Shown piece by piece: positions 10,166-20,100 of a stretch of DNA of 64,000 nucleotides (positions within the stretch are counted from its first letter, which is position 1; each line of letters begins with the position of its first letter). The stretch lies in assembly GCA_965216875.1 (NCBI GenBank), contig OZ244207.1, positions 1,824,001-1,888,000 on the forward strand. Direction: 5' to 3'. The translations under genes were made by a program, and so were the position numbers. Source of the stretch: Rubripirellula sp. GTDB taxonomy: Bacteria; Planctomycetota; Planctomycetia; Pirellulales; Pirellulaceae. The notes under the pieces were generated by a model that did not search any database, was not told the DNA's origin, and saw only the letters and a list, made by a program, of their open reading frames with translations.

Positions 10166-11461
10166 ATGAGCAAATATAGGCAAAAAGAGACCCGCCGCTC
10201 CCACCGCTTAACCCGGTTGGGCTTTCATTTTTTGTTTGTCGGTACGTTCGCGATGCTTGGCGGCGCACTTCGCGGATTCAACCTGCTATTGGTGCTAGCC
10301 GGGTTGATGGTCGGCGCGTTGATCATGCAATGGCGCTGGTCGCGGCGAAGTGTCGAGTCGGTCTCGGTCCAGCGCCGGTTGCCAACCGAAGCCTTTGCCG
10401 GACGCCCGTTTCGGGTGCGCTACCGACTGCACAACCATGGACGGCTGATGCCGGTTTGGATGATGCGGGTCGAGGAAAAGATCGAGCGAGCGGAGTCGTC
10501 GGACAACGCGATCGCGATCTGTGGTGCGGGAACGATCGCGCCGCAGCAGACCGTTGTTCCGCATTTCGACTGTACTGTGCATCACCGCGGCGTCTACTTG
10601 ATTGGAAACGCAACGCTGCAGACGACGTTTCCTTTTGCGCTGTTCACTTCCCGCCAAATCGTTGAAGGCGTCGAGGAGATGTGTGTCTTTCCTCGTCTGT
10701 TGACGTTGAAGTCGCGTTGGCAACGTCAATTGACCAGTCGGACGGGCGGCGTCACGGTCACCGCGCGCCGAAGTGGCCCGACCGAGGGTGACTTTTTCGG
10801 ATTGCGCGAATGGCAAACGGGCGATAGTCCAAAATGGATCCATTGGCGCACCACTGCAAGAATTGGGGAACCCGCGGTTCGACAATTTGAACAACAACGG
10901 CGATTTGACACCTGTGTGCTTCTTGATGGATTTGCGGGGCCATCTCTCGCGGCCGGTTCCAAGGTCGGCGATGTTGAAACGGCAATCAGCCTCGCGGCGA
11001 CGTTTCTGATTCACTTGGTAGGGTCACCATCGAATCGCGTGGTCTTGGCGATCGGTGCGACCGAAGCGAATGCGGTGATCGGCGGTGGTTCACAAGAAGG
11101 CAAACGCCGGATGCTTTCGTTGCTTGCGGAATTGGTTCCCTGCGTGAACCCTGAGCTAGCCGATGCGGCAAACCAAGTATTGCATATGGTTGGACGCACA
11201 CAGGATTTAATTGTGGTGAGCCCGCGGTCGATGAAACAGGTCCTTGAATCGGACACAAAATTCGCCGAGACCATCCAGCCGTGGTTGCGTCGTGGGGCTG
11301 TGCGTTGGATCGACGTCGGGTCTGCCGAGCTTGATCGATGGGTGGTCCGAGATGCCAGTGGCGACCCGCAAGTGTCCGAGCAAGGAGATGCGCAGCGGCG
11401 AACGGGAGTCAACGAAGCGGCGCCGGCTGAAACGTTAGCCGTTGAGGTGAACGATGGCTGA
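10166..11461 (+). CDS. DUF58 domain protein
   Basis: N-terminal TM pair; FFGLREWQTGD-x-x-x-WIHWRTTAR; lies directly after moxR. Confidence 0.9.
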   Translation: MSKYRQKETRRSHRLTRLGFHFLFVGTFAMLGGALRGFNLLLVLAGLMVGALIMQWRWSRRSVESVSVQRRLPTEAFAGRPFRVRYRLHNHGRLMPVWMMRVEEKIERAESSDNAIAICGAGTIAPQQTVVPHFDCTVHHRGVYLIGNATLQTTFPFALFTSRQIVEGVEEMCVFPRLLTLKSRWQRQLTSRTGGVTVTARRSGPTEGDFFGLREWQTGDSPKWIHWRTTARIGEPAVRQFEQQRRFDTCVLLDGFAGPSLAAGSKVGDVETAISLAATFLIHLVGSPSNRVVLAIGATEANAVIGGGSQEGKRRMLSLLAELVPCVNPELADAANQVLHMVGRTQDLIVVSPRSMKQVLESDTKFAETIQPWLRRGAVRWIDVGSAELDRWVVRDASGDPQVSEQGDAQRRTGVNEAAPAETLAVEVNDG

Positions 11462-13961
11462 GTCACGCATCATTAGCGAAGAATATGCGCGATTGGCGTC
11501 TCGTTTGAAACTCTATTTCGCGATCTTGACCTGTCTGAGCGGGCTTGTCCTGTCCACAGGGAGCGATGGTGACTCGATTCGTTTCGTCGCTATCTTTTTC
11601 GCTATCTTCGGTTACCTCTTTGTGGATCGGCTTGAGCTCTTTGCGTTGCCGCCGATTGCCGCGTACGCTGCGATGGCGGTCGCGGCGTTCTATTGTGTCG
11701 GGAATTTTTCCGATTTGGATTCACCCGGCAATCGTCAAATGACAGCGGTTGCCGAGTTACTTGTGTTTGTTCAGGCGATCCTGATGTTGCAGCGCAAGTC
11801 TCGACGGATCTTTGAACAGCTGGGCGTGTTCTGTTTGCTTGAACTTGTTGTCGCCGCTGTTTTTAACGATGCGATCAACTATGGGTTGTTGTTGGTTCCC
11901 ATTGCGATCATTGGCGCGTGGGCGATGAGTCTGCTTGCTGCTGTCGCAGCGCTCGATGGAGTAGGTGAGAGTCAGTTTCTGCGGAGCGATGAAACGGCGA
12001 CTTCCTCGCGGCCGCGCAAACAGGCCATCGAGGTCTCTTCCGAGTCGACGGTGTCTTCATTCGTTCGCTCATCACGGCGGTTGCCCAAGATTGCCTTGTT
12101 CACCTTGGCGCCATCCGTTGTCCTGGTGGGGGCAATCTTCTTCTATGCGTTGCCGCGCACGACCAATGCAGCGCGTGTTTCCGGCGGTGGAAATGTAATG
12201 GTCGGTTTTGCCGATACGCTGCAGCTCGGCCAAATTGGCCGGATGCTGGAGAGTTCTGAATCGGTACTGCGGATCGACATGAAACGTCAAGGCACCGGCG
12301 AAATCTATCGTGCCAAGGATGGGATCTACTTGCGCGGACGCGCGCTCGAAAGTTACCAATCGCAGCAAGGGGCAGGTGGCGGAACGAGCAGTTGGACGGG
12401 AATGCCAAGCGTATTGCGAACGCGTCGTAATCTGCCGCCTGAGTTTGTCGGCGGTTCTAGTGGTGGCGATTCGTACGACCCCATCAATGTCGAAGTCACT
12501 TGTGAAACGATGTCAACACCGACGTTGTTTGCAATCTCGCCCTATTATCGCACCACGGTTGAAACGGCGATCTCGCATCAAGCGGATCGCTGGACTTTGG
12601 AACGGCGTGACAAGGAGTCGCAATCGTTTGGACGGATCACCTATCGGTTTTCGACAAACGCGTTCCTGAATGGCTTCCAAACCGATCTGTTGTGTCGCAC
12701 GACCGAGGATGAATGGAATGCGTTTCAGACACCACGGTTCAGCACAGGTTTCCGAGATTACGAGGAATCTTTGCTGAAGTACGACGTCGACTCCATCCCC
12801 CATGCTCGTGACATCGCCGATGATGTGTCAAGCAGATTGTCCGAAGGCGAGTACCGAGATTATCGGTTAGCGAAGGCTCTCGAACGCAAACTTGCGCTGA
12901 GCGGCGAATACCGTTACACGCTCGACTTGACCTTCAAGAGACTGCCGGGCGTTGACCCTATCGAGCAATTCCTTTCGGTGGACAAAGCTGGACACTGTCA
13001 GTTCTTTGCATCGGCCCTGGCAATGATGTTGCGCAGCCAAGGGATCCCTGCGCGGCTGGTGGTGGGGTATCGAACCGAAGAGTTCAACGAGTTGGGGAAC
13101 TACCATATTGCCCGCCAGTCACATGCCCATGTTTGGGTTGAAGCTTTGTTTGACAAAGATTCACTGCCCGGGGCAAAACAGCTCGATGGCCAGTTTCCAA
13201 GCAAGCAATATTGGGTGCGGCTTGATCCAACACCCGGTGGGGGTGGTGTCGGAGATCGTGATGCGGGGCGGGTCGAGCAATTGATTCATCTCACTAAGAA
13301 CATGTGGGATGACTACGTCGTCGATATGGATGGCGAGCGTCAGGAGAATGCTTTGCTGAGTACACCGGGGGCGACTCCGATGACCGAATCTTACGGACGT
13401 TTCGTTGAAATGATCACGGACAAGATCAGGTTGATCCGGGCAGGCGAGCTTGGTGGTGGTTCGCTTGCCTCGGGGAACGTCTTTTCCTGGCAAGCGGCTG
13501 TGGTATTCGTGATGTTTGCGATGGTCGTGTTTGCACTGATGAAAATGCGCACCCCCGGCTGGATCAAAAAGCGACTTAAGGCGAAGATGTCGGGAGAAAC
13601 CGAGCGACCAGACGTTTCCTATTACGCTGCGGCGCTTGATCAACTGGCGCGGGTTGGAATCTCACGTCGATCCGCCCAGACGCCGGCCGAATTGGCCGTT
13701 GATGCCACCGAAAAGCTTAGCCACCCTATGATTCCATCGATTGAAATGCCACTCGATCTCTTAACGAGGGCTTTCTACAACGAACGCTTCGGTTCGAAAT
13801 CCGCGACCGAAGGCCTGCAAGGTCCTGGCGATATTGAGCAGGCCTTGGGCGACTTGACCAAGAGTATCGATTTGACGCTGGCCGGAAGTGAGCAATCGTC
13901 CGAGGCATCGAATCGAGTTGGCAAAGCGGAAGCCCAGCGAGCTGGGGAGTCCGACTCGTGA
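11454..13961 (+). CDS. Membrane transglutaminase-like protein (TgpA/DUF3488 type)
   Basis: Multi-TM N-terminus; GHCQFFAS, GIPARLVVGY, HAHVWVE, WVRLDPTP (Cys-His-Asp triad intact). Confidence 0.92.
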   Translation: MAESRIISEEYARLASRLKLYFAILTCLSGLVLSTGSDGDSIRFVAIFFAIFGYLFVDRLELFALPPIAAYAAMAVAAFYCVGNFSDLDSPGNRQMTAVAELLVFVQAILMLQRKSRRIFEQLGVFCLLELVVAAVFNDAINYGLLLVPIAIIGAWAMSLLAAVAALDGVGESQFLRSDETATSSRPRKQAIEVSSESTVSSFVRSSRRLPKIALFTLAPSVVLVGAIFFYALPRTTNAARVSGGGNVMVGFADTLQLGQIGRMLESSESVLRIDMKRQGTGEIYRAKDGIYLRGRALESYQSQQGAGGGTSSWTGMPSVLRTRRNLPPEFVGGSSGGDSYDPINVEVTCETMSTPTLFAISPYYRTTVETAISHQADRWTLERRDKESQSFGRITYRFSTNAFLNGFQTDLLCRTTEDEWNAFQTPRFSTGFRDYEESLLKYDVDSIPHARDIADDVSSRLSEGEYRDYRLAKALERKLALSGEYRYTLDLTFKRLPGVDPIEQFLSVDKAGHCQFFASALAMMLRSQGIPARLVVGYRTEEFNELGNYHIARQSHAHVWVEALFDKDSLPGAKQLDGQFPSKQYWVRLDPTPGGGGVGDRDAGRVEQLIHLTKNMWDDYVVDMDGERQENALLSTPGATPMTESYGRFVEMITDKIRLIRAGELGGGSLASGNVFSWQAAVVFVMFAMVVFALMKMRTPGWIKKRLKAKMSGETERPDVSYYAAALDQLARVGISRRSAQTPAELAVDATEKLSHPMIPSIEMPLDLLTRAFYNERFGSKSATEGLQGPGDIEQALGDLTKSIDLTLAGSEQSSEASNRVGKAEAQRAGESDS

Positions 13962-14620
13962 TCGTTACGATTGATGGACCCGCCGGCGCTGGCAAGAGTA
14001 GTATTGCGAGACAGGTCGCCCAACAGCTCGGATTTGAGTTCTTGGATACGGGAGCGATGTATCGTGCGGTGACGCTCGCAGCAATACGGGCGCAGATTGA
14101 ATGGGATGACCACGATGCTCTGATCAAGCTGGCCTCGGGGCTCACCATCAAGTGGAAAGGTGACGATCTTTTGGTCAACGGTGACGACGTGACCAACGAG
14201 ATTCGATCACCCACCGTGACCGGAGCGATTCATTTTGTTGCGGATTTGGTCGAGATTCGAAGAATCTTGTCCGAGCAACAGCGTCGGATCGCACGAGGAC
14301 GTGACATTGTCACGGAGGGGCGTGACCAAGGCTCGGAAGTGTTCCCTGATGCCGAGTGCAAGATCTTTCTGACTGCTTCGTCGGAAGAACGTGCCCGTCG
14401 CAGGCAACAGCAGTTGACCAAGCAAGGACGTCCGTTGCCCTTGGAAGATATTCTTCAAGCACAGAATCGGCGGGACGAAGAAGACCGCAGTCGTCCGATG
14501 GGGGCGCTACGGCCTGCCGAGGACGCGGTCGTGTTGGAAAGTGACGGAATGACTCCTGACGAAGTTCTGCAGCGAGCGGTCGAGATCGTTAAACAATCGC
14601 AAGTGGCCAGCAGCGGTTGA
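13958..14620 (+). CDS. cmk: Cytidylate kinase
   Basis: IDGPAGAGKSS, LDTGAMYRA, EGRDQGSEVFPDA, KIFLTAS; GTGA overlap with the upstream gene. Confidence 0.97.
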   Translation: MIVTIDGPAGAGKSSIARQVAQQLGFEFLDTGAMYRAVTLAAIRAQIEWDDHDALIKLASGLTIKWKGDDLLVNGDDVTNEIRSPTVTGAIHFVADLVEIRRILSEQQRRIARGRDIVTEGRDQGSEVFPDAECKIFLTASSEERARRRQQQLTKQGRPLPLEDILQAQNRRDEEDRSRPMGALRPAEDAVVLESDGMTPDEVLQRAVEIVKQSQVASSG

Positions 14621-14650
14621 ACTGGCCTCGCTTACACTTGTAACGCTCGC

Positions 14651-15256
14651 TTGGCGGAGGTTGTCCCTTTTGCACGTGGACATTCACTCACGATGACATC
14701 AAGCGACCGCTTTGGACTGGCTGACCTCATCTCGCTTGTCGCAGCCTTTGCGGTCGCCTTCGCCGTTTGTCTGTTCATGTTTCGGCAATGGAATCGCTTG
14801 GAACCAGAATGGGATGTGGTCAACACGCTTAGCGTTGGTTGGTCCTTTGCGCAATACACGCTCCTCGTCATGACCTTCTACTGCGGAGCGATGATTCTTC
14901 GCCGCCGTCCTTCGCGTTCAGCGATCGTGCAGTCGCGCGGGCAAGCTTGCGCGTTGGCCATCTGTGTCGCTGCGTTGACCGCGATTCCGACCCATTGGAA
15001 TGCAATTTTTCACACCGCGCTTCCGTACTATGTCCTGTTGGTGACGATGCCGCTTTCGCTCGCATCGGATCCGTTGGTTGGAGCCAGTGTTGCAATCTGT
15101 ACATGGTTGACGTTGAAGCTTGCTGACGTGCCGACTGCAAAGCCGACTTGGCTTGACCGACTCGGCAAATCGCTGAGCGTGGTATGGCTCCTTTTTGCCT
15201 GTGTTCAACCGATCCTCGATTTTGAAGTGTTGCGGGCGCTCGGCGTTCAGTGGTGA
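14651..15256 (+). CDS. Hypothetical multi-pass membrane protein
   Basis: About 5 hydrophobic segments; start uncertain (TTG 14651 or ATG 14693). Confidence 0.65.
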   Translation: MAEVVPFARGHSLTMTSSDRFGLADLISLVAAFAVAFAVCLFMFRQWNRLEPEWDVVNTLSVGWSFAQYTLLVMTFYCGAMILRRRPSRSAIVQSRGQACALAICVAALTAIPTHWNAIFHTALPYYVLLVTMPLSLASDPLVGASVAICTWLTLKLADVPTAKPTWLDRLGKSLSVVWLLFACVQPILDFEVLRALGVQW

Positions 15257-15384
15257 ATCGGTTCGTCGGACTCAATCATTCCAGTCGTGTTGTTCGCTCT
15301 GTTGCACTGTGTCAATTGGCGACCGATCATGCACCCGTAAGTTGAATGCGTTCCAGCAACGGCGTCACTGGCAAGGATTTCGGG

Positions 15385-15407
15385 GACTTCGAAAATATTC
15401 CGAAGTC
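15385..15407. promoter_or_regulatory. Inverted repeat GACTTCG-N9-CGAAGTC upstream of the AraC/GyrI gene
   Basis: Perfect 7-bp arms about 50 bp upstream of the start codon. Confidence 0.35.
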
Positions 15408-15455
15408 AGCAAGAACGATCAAGCGACATAAACTCGAGCTGCGTAAGATCCTCGT

Positions 15456-16310
15456 ATGACCGAGCCAAATTTTGAATCCAATCGTCACCGCATGCTGCGA
15501 GTCCAGTTGTACATCGAGGCGAACCTTGATGGTGATCTGTCACTCGAGCGGTTGTCTGAAGTCGCCCACCTTTCGCAGTATCACTTTCACCGCGTCTTTC
15601 GAGCGACGGTTGGCGAGGGTGTTGCCGAATACGTTCGCAGAGTGCGTTTGGAAGCAGCGGCCATTGCGCTGCGAGCCACTTCCACCTCGGTGACCAACGT
15701 TGCGTTTGATGCTGGCTACGGTTCTCACGAAGCGTTCACGCGAGCGTTTCGGCGTCAGTTCGGAATTTCTCCGTCTGATTTTCGATCCGGGCACCTAGCC
15801 AAACTTGAAACGAAGGAACCTACCATGACCTCCGAAACGAAAGAACGCGAAGTAAGAACAGAAATGCATCCGGCAAGGCAAGTCGCCTTCCTTCGGCATA
15901 CCGGTCCGTACAATGAATGTGGTCCAACCTTCCAGAAAATGATGGGGTGGGCCTTTTCAAAAGGGCTCTTCAACGCGGAAACCAAAATCCTCAGCATTTG
16001 CCACGACGATCCCGAGGTCACACCCGCCGATAAGATTCGACTTGATTGCTGCATTACCGTCGATGACAGTTTCGTCGCCCAAGATGACGTTGAGGTTCAA
16101 ACGCTCGCGGAAGGCGAATACGTTGTTTTGACGCATCGAGGATCGTACAAGGGACTGGCCGACTCTTACTGTTGGCTTTATGGAGAGTGGCTTGCGACGA
16201 GTGGTCGCGAGTTTGCCAACCGCCCACCGTTCGAAATCTATGTGAACAACCCGAACGAGACGCCAGAGGAAGAATTGATCACCGAAATCTGTGTCTTGTT
16301 GCAACCATGA
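15456..16310 (+). CDS. AraC family regulator with C-terminal GyrI-like effector domain
   Basis: LSQYHFHRVF, VAFDAGYGSHEAFTRAFRRQFGISPSDFR; HTGPY, HDDPEVTP, HRGSY, FEIYVNNP. Confidence 0.95.
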   Translation: MTEPNFESNRHRMLRVQLYIEANLDGDLSLERLSEVAHLSQYHFHRVFRATVGEGVAEYVRRVRLEAAAIALRATSTSVTNVAFDAGYGSHEAFTRAFRRQFGISPSDFRSGHLAKLETKEPTMTSETKEREVRTEMHPARQVAFLRHTGPYNECGPTFQKMMGWAFSKGLFNAETKILSICHDDPEVTPADKIRLDCCITVDDSFVAQDDVEVQTLAEGEYVVLTHRGSYKGLADSYCWLYGEWLATSGREFANRPPFEIYVNNPNETPEEELITEICVLLQP

Positions 16311-16336
16311 ACGTTGAAGGATAAGCGGGTTTTCAC

Positions 16337-17090
16337 ACTGTAGCCCGGAGGGCGAAATATCCTTGCCGGTGGCGTTAGCCACCGGACCTGAGGCCCCACT
16401 TGGTTAAGCCCGGAGGGCGCTACATCAACTTCACGCTTTGCAGAATCTGTCGCCCTCCGGGCTTCGCAGCGAGCGAGCCAGGATACCGGCGGCTGACGCC
16501 GCCGGCAGAGATTTACCGCCCTCCGGGCTAAACGGGCCTTTGAAACTGTAGCCCGGAGGGCGAAATATCCTTGCCGGTGGCGTTAGCCACCGGAGCTGAG
16601 GCCACACTTAGCTAAGCCCGGAGGGCGCTACATCGACTTCATGCTTTGCAGAATCTGTCGCCCTCCGGGCTTCGCAGCGAGCGAGCCAGGATACCGGCGG
16701 CTGACGCCGCCGGCAGAGATTTACCGCCCTCCGGGCTAAGGCATACCGGCGGCTTAAATCTGCCGCCCTCCGGGCTAAGCAGCGTTTTGAAACTGCAGCC
16801 CGGAGGGCGAAATATCCTTGCCGGTGGCGTTAGCCACCGGGCTTGCGGCCACACTTAGTTAAGCCCGGAGGGCGTTACATCAACTTCATGCTTTGCAAAA
16901 TTCTGTCGCCCTCCGGGCTTCGCAGCGAGCGAGCCAGGATACCGGCGGCTGACGCCGCCGGCAGTGATTTACCGCCCTTCGGGCTAAGGCATACCGGCGG
17001 CTTAAATTTGCCGCCCTTCGGGCCAAGCGTGCTTTGAAACTGTAGCCCGCAGGCGAAATATCCTTGCCGGTGGTGTTAGCCACCGGACTT
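16337..17090. repeat. Tandem array (3 full units plus 1 partial; 208, 247, 247 bp) of nested palindromic REP/BIME-like units
   Basis: Units start at 16337, 16545, 16792 and 17039. Each has 2x AGCCCGGAGGGCG, 2-3x its reverse complement, and internal hairpins CCGGTGGC-GTTA-GCCACCGG and CCGGCGGC-TGAC-GCCGCCGG. Confidence 0.95.
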
Positions 17091-17120
17091 GAGACTCTAT
17101 TCAGCAGATCGACGCACCGA

Positions 17121-20100
17121 TTACTTTTTCACATAGCCCTTGTTCAGTTTGCTTTTCACGAGCTTTTCGTACGCGGCTTCGGCTTTCTCGCGGGTCTCGT
17201 AGGTCTTTGTTGAGGATCGACCCTTCGAATCGACTCTTCCCCAAGTCGTGGTGATTTCGCAATCGACAAGTTGAATCTGCCAAAACTTGCTCGCTTTGTC
17301 GTCGGTCAATTCGTAGCGCTGCGTGCGAGTGGCAGATTTCTTTGCTGACTTCGATTTTGTGCCCTTCGAAGTTTTGAGTGGGGACGGTTTTCGCAGTGCG
17401 AGTTGTTCGAGAATCCTCGGGTCTTGAATCTCACCATCGTTTGCGAGCAGCAACACTTTCGACAAGACTTCTGCGGTTCTTGGGTCATCATCGGCGAACG
17501 GCAAGAAAAGCCGACCGCGGTGTTGAGCGTGGACGGGCAAGATCGACAGGGCGCCACCAGGAATGCGGTGAACGGAGCCACTGCCGAGGTGGATCGAATA
17601 CTCGCTGTGTTGGCCGTCAATCAACGCGTGGGAAGACTTGATTTTGACATTCTTGATTTTCATCAACGCGATGGTTTCGGCAATCAGATTTGCCCGCATT
17701 TCGACGGTCGATGCACTTGCTTCGGGATCGACCTCGCCGCGATGAGCGACACTGACGACAAGGTCAATGTCACGCATCACTTCGCTAAAAAGGATGGGCG
17801 GTATGGAAGAAAGTTTGGTCGGCTTGAATTCATCGCGTTTTCGGAATTGAACGGTCTCCAGAGTGAGGCCTTCCACATCGGCCGCAGTGCCGTAATTCCA
17901 TTGAAAGCCGACTTCGGCATTGAGTGTCTGGTCATGGAAGGTTTTGAAAACTTCGTCTCGCGTGTTCCATCCGCGACTGTTCCAAAGCGCCATCGCTTGC
18001 CGCGGGTTGATTTGTTGGCCCGCAAAACGAGACGATTGCGTTGTCGTGCGTTCCTGTTTGGTGACGACATAAAGTTCGCGAAAGACCTGTTTGAACGGTT
18101 GCACCCGTTCGGCTTGGAAACACTCGCGTTGCCACTTTGCCCACTTCTTGGTGCGAAGCAAGTCGTGGGGATGGGCAATCCGCAAAGACTCGGTTTTCTT
18201 GACCGGCTCGAGGTGCCCAGCAAAGTCGCGCAGGGCCCGACCGCGTTTGTCTGGGTAGCCCAGGATCCCTTCGCCAATCAGCACCAACCGAGATAGCTGG
18301 GGTGCTAGGATCGCGTGATCCATCAGTTGCATGAGTTCGGCGCCCGAAATGGAATCGCCCCGGCACATCGCCTCTTCAAGCGAGCCTTTGATGCGGCTCG
18401 CTTTGGTCCGCAATTCCTTGGCCCGAGCGGCGAGGTCGCGGATGGCTGCGTGTTTCTTCCTCGTTGCGGCCGGAACAGATTTCAGCTTTCGATCGCCACG
18501 CGCGACGGTCAGTTTCGGTGTTGCGGCTTCATCCAGCGAGAGTGTGACGGTGACTCCGTCCTTGGTCATGCTGATGGGGCCTTTGGAGAGATCCTTGACC
18601 GACTCGGCCTCCATCGCCCACTCCAGCCGAAGAGGATCTCGATAGCCTGCCAGCCGTGCGAGGTTTGCCATTCCAACTTCGAGTGCACGGAAGGCTTCTG
18701 GCTTGGTGAGTCCGGAAAGTCCGCGTGCGTATTTCTTGTAGGCTTGCAGGACTTCGTAGCGATCGACGAGATCTTTGCTCCGTCGAGTGCCTTTGGCCAG
18801 TGGAAGCAGTCCGAGGTAGCGGACATGGTCTTTGAGGTTGCGTTTCTTGATGCCGTCAACGAGAACCTTTTTGTCAGTGTTGCCCAGCAGCACATCGGCC
18901 AGGAATTGAGCCTTCTTGGCTTGCGTCGAGTTTGCGGAAAAGCGAGCCGCCGACGCAAGTCCTTGCCAGCGTTTGCTCCCCAGCGTTTCCCAAGTGCGGT
19001 GGAACCAAGCAACATCGACGGCACCTTCGTAGCGATCGCGCTCGGTCAACGGTGTGCGTTCGACGACAAGTCGTTCCCATGCCGAGAGCGGCCGCGGTTT
19101 CTTGAACGGTTCATCCTCGCTTGAGTCATCAAAGTCGTCATCGAATTCGTCGTAGTCATCGTAGCTTTCGTATTCGGGATCATCTTCGAGGCCCTCGGCT
19201 TCCGCAGCGGCCTCGCGAGCCGAATCGTCCCAGTTGCTCATATGTGCGAGGAACCAATAGAGACCTTCGTCAAAGCCATCCCACTTGAGATGAGCTTGCA
19301 CGTACTTGGTCCATTGTGGAGCAAGGAAGGCGAGTTCAAGGAGTCGGGTTTCGTCGCAATAGCCGGCGGCGATCGCTGCATTGACGGCTTTCGAGAACTG
19401 GGCCTCGGTATCGCTTTCACGCGGGTAGGTGTCGGCGATCAATTGGGTCAGCGTCGCAGCGCGATTGTCTCGCGCTTCACTGCGCCATCCACGCAGCACT
19501 TTGAACTTGTGCTTGCCGAGTGCCGCCATGATTTGCATGAGCATGTCGACGCCGTGATAGCTCGAGAAGGCGAGCGCGACGTCCGACGCAACGGTCTTGG
19601 CTTCACCACGTTGAAGTTCAATTTCGAGAACTCGCTGTCTGACTTTGTCGAGCCACTCGCTAAGCCCTTTGGTTTGCTCGGCGATCTCGCGGTACTCTTT
19701 GGGTGCCGACGGATCGGTCAACGTTGCTAATGCGTGGTAATCACCGCCCCAGCGATTGGGGCGCTGTCCGAGCAGGACGTCTGTGAGATCATCGAAAGTG
19801 GCGAGCCGCTTGTTATGCCACTGGGCAATCTCGGTGAGATCGACCCGCATTCGCTTGGCACCAGGCACCGGTTCGTCGCGAAAACGTCTGAGTTGCCAAA
19901 TGCGTTTTTCTTGCGTCTTGGTTGTCTTGATGTTCGTGCGACGAAGAAAACGAGTCAGCGTGGACGACCACAGGCAAAAGATCTCATCATGCCGCCAATC
20001 GTTCTCGTCGTCATCGTAATCATCTTCACTTGCTCCCGGCGCGGGAATCAGTTTTTCGTGCCATTCGGAGGGGACGAGGGCATAACTGTTCTCGACGCCG

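Noticed and set aside
16639..17083. Short ORFs within the repeat array
   Set aside because: By-products of GC-rich palindromic repeats; no RBS and no protein-like character
16337..17090. CRISPR array
   Set aside because: Whole units, including the intervening sequences, are near-identical, so there are no unique spacers. The period is over 200 bp and no cas genes are present.
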